Positions 16,001-28,000 of a stretch of 60,002 nt of DNA are shown in pieces (position 1 is the stretch's first letter; every line of letters starts with the position of its first letter). The stretch spans positions 493,956 through 553,957 of the forward strand of contig NW_002060973.1 of assembly GCF_000150275.1 (NCBI RefSeq). Direction: 5' to 3'. Below the pieces are notes generated by a model. That model had not been told where the DNA came from. It did not search any database and saw only the letters and a list, made by a program, of their open reading frames with translations. The position numbers and the translations under genes were made by a program. Source of the stretch: Trichoplax adhaerens. Taxonomy: Eukaryota > Animalia > Placozoa.

Positions 16001-19000
16001 TTTGTACTGCAAAGTAAATCTCTACTCACTAATCTATTCGATAGGCTTCTGGATGAAAATCAGTTAACAATAATTCAGAATTTTCAATTTTCTGAACTAC
16101 AAGCTTTGCAAACATTGTTAGTTATTTATTTTCATCTCTATAAGTCAGAAATATTACAGGATTATTAAATAAAAGCTGCTATAACTTGATTGAAATTAGA
16201 TCTTTAAGATCAAATAAAATAGAAGTTATCCAATCTGAAGCTTTTGAAGGTCTAGACTATATTAAAGAAATGTAAGGAGCTAGATTAATCTAAATTAGTT
16301 ATTAAAATAACAAAAGAGAAATTTATTCGCCAAACAACTAAATCTAAAAGTGAAGTTTAATCCATAATATATACTTAAAATAATCTCAAACTTACAATAA
16401 ACTAATATTTATGCTTTTATTTGTAATCACTGCTTCGTGTAACAATTTATAGTTGGCTGGATGGTAATCCCCTGTATCATTTATTAGATTTACCTATGAG
16501 CAGCTTCGAAAATCTTAATTATTTGTAAGATATAAGAATTTTATTTTTATAATCTAGCATGACTTAAATTTAGGGTCTCAAAAGTAACGTTCTATATTAT
16601 TTCATACTATAAAATGATTGAATTCTCTATGTAATAAGCATTAACCCATTCATAATTTAAAACTCCTTAGAGGTTTATCCAAGACTAAAATGAGTAAAAT
16701 TGATATGGCTTGTACAAATACTAACAATTACAAAGTCAGCAGAATGTAAGTTATGTTATGTTTCATTTTCGAGCGAGAAATATTTATGAAACGATTTTAC
16801 TTATTCCATTTTCGGTTATAATTAGCCTTTATCAGATTAAAAACATTACTCTTGTAAATTATTACAATCAATTACATTGTAACGTAACTTAGTATTGTGA
16901 TTGTAGACTGTTAGCCATGTTTAGTATAATGTACGGTAGCGCAACTTCTATATTTATCCTAAGAGATATTTGGTAGCTATAACTATAGACTGTAGTGGTA
17001 TAGACTCTATGCTAGAGTATAGATGACTATATTCAGTAAGGTGTTGAATTACTAATAAGATTATAGGTAAAAATAGAACTGTAAATCATATATTAGGATA
17101 TGTTTAATTCATTGTACTTTGGCTAGTGTGAATAATGTCTACGTAAGTACTGTAGTCGTATCCATATCGGATTAATGATTGTCCGCAGTAGAATAGTGCT
17201 ACTAAGAATAATTTAAGTATGTGTAAAATAAGGTAAAAAGTTGTCATGCGGATTGTAGCTGCGAATGCTACGAAAAGTATAAAAGCATGCGACTTAGATT
17301 ATTCTGTTAGTTCGTTGTAGAAGTCTTTAATAGTAGTATTCGGCGGCAGTAATAAACGGTTGTTCGCAAAGCAATACATTAAAAGAAAATTCGCAGCTTG
17401 ATTATCAAGCTCTGTTGCTTTCTTGGCCTAAATTGACTGTTTTATTTGTGATTTTTTGCTTAGGGATTTCTCAAACAACCTAATGCGCGAAATTAAAATT
17501 TCAGGATGTTTTAATTGCTTACAGCATATGTAATTTAAGAATTAATTAATATCAGCAATCATATCGTACTAGCTATCGAAAATAGATTATCAATTTTAAT
17601 AAATTTTTTCTCTCACGTTAACCTAGTTGCTGTGATACCGAATGTTACCATTCAACGTCATTAGCTCACAGCGCTTGACCTGATTAATATTAGTTACATA
17701 TTTGCTTTAATTTTTCAGCAATATCTCCAGCAACAGGTTCACTACTGATAAAAGCCTATCTTTTCGTAACCTTTCCTGTATTTCATTAATGTAAGTAAAT
17801 TCTTTACCTCCGATTTTAATGATTGTATATTCATTCGTGCTATGAATTGGTTAGCTGCTTCATTGTTTTCTTCTAGTTGATGTTGTAATATATTTTATTT
17901 AGATATAATGACAAATATATCAGTTTAATAACTTTACTTGCCAAATTATTTAGATTAGACAATATCTTTTCTTGATCAAACATTATAAAGCGAGAGTCTA
18001 TTTAGTTTATGTAATAACGTGTCTTCTAAAATATAAAACAAGGACTACAGTTTCATGCAAACTTCAGTTTATCACATAAAATATATTCGTCTCACTACTA
18101 CTAAGGACTATCTAACTGCAATCAGACTATCTTCGTGCTATCTAAATTATCGTAGCAATATTCACGATATATATATAAAATTGTTACTCAATGATTTTCC
18201 TTCAAGCCCAATCACATCTTACCAATTAAGTTACAAGTTCATATCTAAATTTACTATCGCACTATCAATTCATAATTTGCGCTTCTGATTAAAACTCCAC
18301 AATACAAATCTCACAGTACCACAATAATTAATGCAATCTATTACTATCTCAGAATCTTAATATGAGCATCTCGATACAATTACTACAATACATCCTGTAA
18401 AAATCTTCCCCAATTAGACACTTAAGGAGTCTTTCAGCAGAGTGTACAATTTATCTATTTCGCATTATTCCATAATCTTAGACTTAAGCTTATTTGGTGT
18501 TTCACTACAGCTTATTAATAGAATATTAGAAACATAACTTACGCAAACTTTAACTTTATTCTAACATTACGTAAATATCATTTTAGAGATATTAGCAAAA
18601 ACAGAATTCCTAAGCTGTCTTCCGATTTTTTCTCCACTTTACAAGATCCTACAGCACTTTTTGTACTGTATGTATACTTTTTAGCGTATATTAAAAATTA
18701 ATATATATATTTTAATCAGCATACTGTATTTTGATAAAAGTGTTCATTATTTTCTTTCATCACTTTCTGTAACTACGCCTTAAAATTTAGAAATATATCT
18801 CGCAATCGGCTAGAGTATATCCGATCTGATATTTTTTATCCAATAACCGATTTGAAACAGCTGTAAGGGTTTATATTTTATAAATTAATTTGTTTAAGGT
18901 CCTAAGGATTACTTATAGCTTAATTCTTAGCAACATAACCAGAACGATGCTATACAGCACTGTATACCATATTTGAGAGCCATTACTGTTCTATAACTTT

Positions 19001-22000
19001 TAAGAGGCCTAATTATATAATTCTTTAATCACTAGCCTTAGATGGTCATTATTAATCATTGTTAATCGATTTGCTCTTTAATACACATTTCGCTCCAAAC
19101 TTAAATTTGACATCAACGTAGTACTCGTAAATCATGCAAATGAGCTAAGTTACAAAATACTATTGACTAATGAAAGATTAGAAAAATATTGTCATCTTGC
19201 TTGTTTGTAAGCAGAAATATACAAGATAATCGCCTTGATAAATTGGATTTTATTCAACCTCTGTGTAAACTAAATACACTGTAAGTATATTGTCTACTAT
19301 AAAGTTGAAATAAGAAAAAGAATAGATTTAGTAATACACTTACAAACAGATATAGCTTAGTCAATAAGTTCTAAGTTAATTTCTATTCTATGCATGATAT
19401 ACGTAATAGAATTAACGAAATTTTATCATAAACTCCTTCATGTCTTTGGCATGCGCTGTGTATTCAGTGTTGAGAACAATGCTAGCTTCTCCATTTATTT
19501 ACTGCTATATGTTATATATTCTCTGTCGATAAAATTTTACTAGTTCAGCCTCCAAAAATCGGATATCTTCTTTGAAGAGTAGATATTTTCAAAATTTAAC
19601 AAATCTGCTGAATCTGTAAGGAAATTAGCTAAAGAATCCATCTTATAAAATAAATAAACAGAAGTCAACTTTAGATATCAGTAATTTACTTAAGCATTAG
19701 TTAGAAGTCATAATGCTAAATTTTTAATTAATATGGCAATGAATTTGATCAAAATTCTATGAAAACATTGTTAGAGATTTTAGCTTTAACGAAATAGTAT
19801 CTCTTAAAAATGGAATATTTGAAGGATGCAAAAGTATTGTGAATATGTAAGCCTAAATAATAATATACTTAGACAATTAGATTTTCAAAAAAATCAATGC
19901 TACGTATTATAGAGAACATATAGTAGCATTTACTGTCAAGGTTCTTATTTTTAAAAACTAATAATTCTAAATTTAGGAACCTGAATCATAACAAAATTTC
20001 AACCATAGAAAATGAAACGTTTCGCGGTTTATCAAATTTATATTCGCTGTATGCTGTTGAATCCTTCTGTGCGATAATTATTTATCGCAGTATAAGATTA
20101 ATAATACGAAAACAGTATAGGTTATTTGCGTTGAAATAATTATGTTCTGTTACGCTGATTTTAATCTATTAGAGACATCGGCTATAATCGCATGATTTCT
20201 TTAAAAGGAATATTTCTTCAAGATTTAAATCAGTTAAATTCATTGTAAGTAATCGACTCTTTATGTCTTATAATATTATTCATTTCTTTTTCGCTGCAGG
20301 GTCTGTTCAGTCTTATGAAATTATCACTTCTTATAAGTTACTGCATACACTCATTAATAGTAAATAGTAATTTTTAAAATAACTAGCAGAATGACGTATT
20401 CTGAAAAAGGGTGTCCAGCTTAACAGTAGCAAGCTATATCGTTTCTAATTCTATAATTGACAGAAAATGCGATGGTAATCTAATCTCTTCCTTGGCAGGA
20501 TCACCGTTTTATAATCTAACTAAACTGACTCAATTGTAAGATTACGAGTAACTATAATCTATATTGAATGATTTGACGAATTGTAATCCATGATAGAAAA
20601 CACATAATTGCAGATAAAAATATACTAAGAGGCAATTTCATCACCCTTAAATTATTAATTTTCTATTAGATCTCTGGACTATAATCAAATCATAGATATT
20701 GCTAACGATAGTTTCACGAATTTGAATATTTTAAGCGAATTGTAAGTTGATGGAACATTTCAAATTTACTTCATTTCATATAGCAGAGTAGTAAAATTAA
20801 TGTCAAGGAAGTCATTTGTAATTTACTTATTTCTCAGATCGATTAATAACAATAAACTTTCTGGCTTATCCTGCAGTTCAATTTACAAAACTATTCAAGA
20901 TTTGTACGTGATAATGAAATAAAAATACATAGTCATACATCAGTCTATTCTATGAAAATTTTTGGTCTTATTTTAATTAATTATTTGAATAATAATTCAA
21001 GTACTATTGCTGAGTAACAATATGTAACGTAAAATTTGAAATTAAATTTGATTATATCGTTTAGGAAGATAAATCATAACAACATATCTTACATCTCGCC
21101 TAGTTGTAATGAAACATTTGCCAGTTTAAAGAATAGCTTGTAAGTGGAATTTCGTTTTAAAAGTTAACACCATACTACAGTACTAGCAAAAAAACATCAT
21201 TTGCTAACTACTCTTTACCATTGCTATTTTACTGTTACGATGTTATCTTAACGTTAGAATAGTTTAATAAGTACATCAGTAGCTAATAAGAAAAATATTC
21301 ATATTTGTAGTGCTAGGTAAGATAAGCAATGCCTTAACGTGGATATTATTTGTGACAGTTTATTACATAATTGATATTGATTATTATGCGTAGATAGTAG
21401 TAAGATGATTCAACTTCTAGCTATTGATAGTTGAATTAGACAGCACACGTGCTTAGATTAAGATTGAGTATGAGAAAAAGATTAAAAATATTTACTGATA
21501 GAAAAGCTAGAAAGGAACATCTCATTTTGAGATATCTTTCCTAGTAAGGTATAATAATAGTACTGTTGTTTATAAATAGGACGGTTTCTATATAAACAGG
21601 AAGTTTAAGTTGAGTTTTGTGGTGAAAAGTTGGTAGATTTATCTATGCTAATAAAAGTTCTAACTTTATGATACCATCCAGTGCGTATTTATCGTTCAGT
21701 AAAAGGGCATTTAATTCTGCAATTACTTATAAAATTTTACTGTATGTTTCCTTGCTGCAGAGTTGAAATTGTGATATTTACGTAGGTTTTAAGTTTCAAC
21801 CTTCCATTCTATGATTATTTGTTCTTTCTTCTAAGACTTTAATAATAATTTTTCGATATCAATCTCAAGGGATATAAGCTATAATAATCTTGTATCAAAT
21901 GGTATTAAAGTTTATGATCAAATTTTGATGAAATTAGCTAAATTGCCTCCTATTCTGTAAGTATCGTTTTACTACTCCAAACAAATAGATAAATTTACGA

Positions 22001-25000
22001 TAGTTTTCTGTATATAAAGAGAATATGTTTGCCTTCTAATATGAAGCCTTAACGCTATTATCCATATTTTTGGTAATTAAATATAATTAGACTATTGGCC
22101 GGAAACAATATTACATCGCTACCAAATTCGTTCATGAAATGGAATATTTACCTCAGAGTATTGTAAGTAGACCTGAGAAAGGTTCGGTTCGGTTCAAACC
22201 GTTATGATCTATATATTTGTAAGTTCATTAACATCTACAACTATGTGATATAAAAATAATCTATTATATTAAGCTAAAAGGTATAAAGTCTCCTGAAAAA
22301 AAGTAATCTTAGTTGGCGTCGGAAATATCTTTCAATTTCTATTTTAATTCAAACATTATCATGTAACATTCCATTTATAAAAGGCTAATTAGTTTTATTA
22401 TTCGAAGTATAAACGGAACTTTTTAGAGTGTTTAGACCTCTAACGTACAGTTATCCCAATCTGGTGTTAAGCTATAGCTTTCTAGTTCAACATAAAACTT
22501 AGAATGACCAAGTACTGATATATGTATGAATTACAATTTAAAGAGCGACTAATCTAACCGAAGTAAGATGGAGTAATTCTGCTACAACACCGCTTGAAAC
22601 AATATTTATTTTCTTTAAAACTGCCATATTTGCTACCAAGCAAGACTTGTTTGTCTACACTAGTGCACGTTCTTATTTGACAGTAAAATGTAATCAGGAA
22701 CTTTTTCGGGTAGTCATGCATGAATTTCTTCACTAAATTTGATAGCTGGCTTTTCTGAGCATCTAGAATTGTTACTCTATCTATTTGTGAAAGGCATTCT
22801 TTTATATACTTATGCTAGGTTTCAGCTATGCATATCAATTAATTAATTATTCAATTTATAAATATGTATTTTTCCATAGAAAATATTTTATGATAGTTAA
22901 TTTATTGCACAGCAGATATGTGCCAATTATCATTAAAAGCTAACAAATCGTAATCCAAGTAACAACTTAGTTCGGTTTAATATTTAACAGCCAACAATTA
23001 CAATTGTAACTACCTCTATTTTAATTATTACACTTTTATCCATACTAAACGACTTTAATCTAGAAATTAATTAATAATTATTCCTGAGCACTCGAGTCAA
23101 CATTAACTATTTTAAATCGGATAATAATATTGAGAAATATTATTTAAATCTAAATGCTTCAACATCATTCAAACTATAACTTGCTATTTACGGTCAATAT
23201 GAAACCTTTACAAGTTCTTATTGATTATTAAATTTAATGGTAAATACATTAGCATAGTAGTTATGCAATTGAAAAGGGGTCTTTCATCTTTTTTCAGCTT
23301 TCCTAAATAACTACATTTGACTTCAGAGCTTGTCACGGTGCAAATACAGCGTAAATGATACAGTATAAATTAAGCATTTGTGTCTTGATAGATTTCTATA
23401 CTTATTGTTGATTCTATATGATTTGTTCTTTCGTGCATGACTTGGTGTCACAAACCAGCTTCGTGACAAGGATAACGTAAAACAAATCTCTAAATTACTA
23501 TAGTCTCCGGGATTCAGTATCCCTTAACTACCTCACAAGAATTTAGACGCCTTTGATTCTACGTTAAAACAACTATACAATTGAGAATTGCTTTATTCAA
23601 CTATCTGACGGGCTTATATACCCTTCTACAGCAGCTAACATTCACAAGTCATCTTATAAAAATACCTGGGTGAGAACATCTACTAACTAGTTTTTCACCG
23701 TCGGACTACAATATGTCCATTCACAGAATCATTTCAGCACACATTACAGCACAGCAATAAATTTACTGTAACACATTTATAATTAGAGTAATTCCTATTG
23801 TAAGTAACTAGTTATAATATAATATCACTATATTATATTAACCAAATTTAGATATCTATTTCTTCACGGTAGTTCGTACCGTGACACTTGGCTAGAGTTT
23901 TATAATAGTATAAAGTTATGTTATTCCATATGTCACTTTTTTAGCCTTGTAATGTAAGCCGAATAGCTGGCATTCCTATTATGTTACATTAATGAGTCAT
24001 TTACATATTTTCCATACCGGCTACACCCATTGATATGTTTAGTCGTCATGAATTGTGTAGCGAGTCTATTAACGGAATTTGAGACTACTTACCTTTCTCT
24101 TATCTATGATTGAACAAAGAATGGTGTTTTTTTCCTTTAGTTCTATCTATATAAGTTAGATCGACTAAATTCTTGCGATTTTGGTTGATGATTGCTAATA
24201 TTGTTCGTTAGTAGTCGATTCCAGTAGTCTTTTACTAGTGCACCGCCTTGCTCAAATTAGTTAAAATAAAGTAATAGCAGCTCGACGTTATCAAGTTTAG
24301 CTGTGTGACAGGAGTCTAGAAGGGAAGATCTAGGCTGAAGTTTGCATAGTAGTTGACAGCAGCAAGTTAGAAGAGCAGAATACTTTGCTTTATCCTTTGT
24401 CTGCAGATTAGTTCGCGACAGTGCTATAAAGAAAGTAGCATAGTTCAATATCGCAAGCACTATTGAATGCTCTTTTCTTTTAGTCCTTAGTTTACTCTAA
24501 TATCAATCCAGATGATAGTTTCTTAAAAGACTTATTTAAAATTAATAGCATTGTATGTATATCACTAAATTTTAGTAAATTTATATTCCTAGCTAGTTAC
24601 ACTTCTACTTGCTAAATAAGAAAAGGCGATATATATTCACAATTGTCTAAATCAAATATTAACCCTATTAAATGCCGTCTATACTCTTATAATGAACGGT
24701 CAAAATGTATAATGTGATTATCTAGTAAATTCAAGTTATTCTCATGGAAACAACAAAAGTTACTTGCTAGTATAACATTCTTTGGTAGTATAATCATGCT
24801 ATAATGCAACCTACAAGTTCTATTTAAATTATACTGAAACTCGTATAGTATACTTACGACTATAAATGAATGAATTTAACAAGTACTATCAATTTATCTG
24901 TAATTATATCCTACACGTATAATCATATTTAGCCTAATAATAAAGTGTAAATCACTTAATTCATATAAAATGACTTTATTACATGCTGGTGTTCATTGTT

Positions 25001-28000
25001 CAGCTTGAAATAAATCAATTGCTTATTTTAAATTAAATTAAATTTTTAGGTCTATTGGTCATAACAAATTATCGATATCTGCTATCAAACAAATTATAAA
25101 AGGGTTTTATATCACTAATTACTGCTTGCCGCCCTACTTAGATCCTTTAGCTAAATGTTTTATTTATTCCATGTAAGTTACTTAGCTTGCCTAAATCTGC
25201 TTTGATCGATTATGAATATTAATTGGCATTTAAAGACACCGAACAATAGTAATTTATTAATCGTTAAAAACATATTCTTACTGTTATCAACTCACATTTA
25301 TCGCATTGTTTAATGGAATAGTGATTTGAGCTATAGCAGGTTAACAGAAATTCCATCAAATGCATTTGTAGCCCTAAGAGGATTTTTGAAAGTCTTGTAA
25401 GTCATCCTAGATAATACCAAATCTAAATTAATCTTTAATTTAAACCTAATCAAAGAAACAAGGTATAATTAACTAATATCATTTACTGATAGTTTTATTG
25501 GAAAGATAGACGGAATAAATAAATAAGTGCATGGCTAGATTAACAGCAATCCAATAATTATTAAGTAGATGTAGCATAATGAAATGTTCTAACAGACAAT
25601 AGCTGATAATGATACGGCCACCTATCAGCATACTTTAACATTTTTAATTGAACTTTGCATCATAAACTTTAAATTTATTATTTATATATCATATGCAAAT
25701 AAGTATAAAAGTGGTATTAAGTCGTATTAGTGCTAACTTTAAGGTTTACAAGGACTAACAAGTTAAAGGGCACATGATGATACAGTCAAACAGAAGCAAT
25801 TGTGGAAGAGAAAAATAGCTACCATTTTTCCATCTATCTCATTTAATTTGAAATATATGCGCTTGACGACATTACATAGGCTCAACCCTTTTAATTTAAT
25901 TCAGCACGAGTCGCGATTTTAATTTCTCTCTTTTAGTTATGTCCTCAAAATCGTTATGATAAAAGTTAGTGCTTCTTAGTTGTGATGCGATATTGCAAAA
26001 GTGTAACAGTGCATTGAAAGTAAAACATTAGAATTACGATTTAAGAGCATTCTAAAGCTGATTTACTTGTACTGCATAACAGAAATCTCACCAATAATGC
26101 GATAAAACATATCGATGCCTCAGTCATATTTCGAGATAGTGAAAGAAATTTAGAAGAACTGTAAGTTAAAATATCGCATTAGCATGTTTATCACTTTGAT
26201 ATTGAATTAATATTTATTATTTACTATGCTAACTTACTCTATATGAATATTATATATTTCGATACTAAGAAATAGTTTCGCTTTAGGAATTTGGCTAACA
26301 ATTTAATCACTACAATTACCAATCGTCATAACGTTCAATTTAGTGCACTGAAGCTATTGTAAGAATTGGATTTAATATTAAGACTTTATTAGTATATATT
26401 GTTGAAATAAATTAAAAGCATAGATTTTATAATTTCCAATTTAATTCGAAATCTGTGCAGGAACTTGAATCAAAATAAACTTTCTAACATTTGTGGAAGG
26501 TCTAACGTACTAGGAATTGCGCCAAATCTCCTAGAATTGTAATAATGAAAGTTATAATAATTTGTACTCACTATCATTACTCACGATTAAATCCTAAATA
26601 TACTCATGCATCTTCTTAGATATTTAGATTTTAATAAAGTAAGAATTTTGACAAATAGGTGTTTCGGGACACTTTTCAAATTGCAACTGATGTAAGTATA
26701 AAATTTTCTACTTTATTTATAATCTGTATTTATCAAATTTTTTTCGGTTGCAGTAAAGTTAAATAATAATTTCTTATTATTTAATATGAAGGAGAATGTA
26801 ATTTTTGTACACCAATACACAATTGTAACTTAATGGTTAACTTAAGATGGTATTTTTTGCTATCAGATCATTTAGGTCAAATCCTTTAGCACTCTTAAGT
26901 GACATCTCATTTTATGGATCAGCGACCTTAAAAACTGTGTAAGTAGAAGTGCTTTTTGGCTTAATCTATCTTTAAAAATAAATAAGATAAGAATTCTACT
27001 CGAGAAATTAGAATTTATTACTCCCATCAAGCATCTACTGATATAATCATTTTATGCATTACGGTGCAAATTAAGCCTTGAAATTTCCAAATTGCAGAAA
27101 TATTGACTTGACTTTCTAGAATCTCGCACTGATGTACATAAATTTAGAAATCAACCTCATTCCATAATTTTTGATCTTCATTACAAAATTAAACATTACC
27201 TAATTTTAGTTAGTAATTGTCATAATTTACACCGCCATCAGACTGAATCTCTCGTATTCGAATAACGTCTTTAGAAATTACAATTATTGTATGACTGTGA
27301 CAGCGTTATATATTGTAATAGAGTAGAAATATCTATGTTAGGATAATTCTGTTAGCCTATCCTTACGTAGTTAACTTCTAATTTGGATATACTGTGTTTT
27401 AATATACCACTGACTCTTTGTGATAGTGACACATATACACATACTGAAATTAATAGTTCTATTTGTGAATGCAAATCATATACTTACAGTTCGAATCATT
27501 GTGATTGTAACTTACTTATGATAGATTGTAAATTATCGTGGAAATATTCCGTGATAGGACATATCGTAATCTGACTATTCTGTATTAGTCATCAGATTTC
27601 TATGTTCATAAATACTGTTGTCGGCATGAAGGGAGCAGTAGCTAAAATTAATATCTAATTTAGTGAATGACTCCAAAGTTAATCGTACTAACTATGACTC
27701 ATGAACTATTGAGGAAGAGTATATAGATACAGTATATCGTGTAATAAAGTGGATTCTTAAACTTAGTGTTTAACGTAAAGTACCAGGCGTCTAAGTCTTT
27801 GTGTAGTCTGCTAGTAGAGCAAAAGTGTTTCTGATAGTGCAGATATCGTTCCTTGATACGTGGTTCAAGAAATTAACTTATTGACGGTACATTACGGTAT
27901 CTTGTTGCAAAGCTATTTTGTGACAATAACATAAATAGTTGCTTTCAGATATAGCTTCCTTCAGATTATTCTAATAATAAACTTCTTGAATACTTCTTAA

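Noticed and set aside
17990-18580. Further possible decayed elements here and at about 5150-6183 and 32980-33430
   Set aside because: Composition is suggestive, but no convincing paired termini or TSD could be identified by eye.
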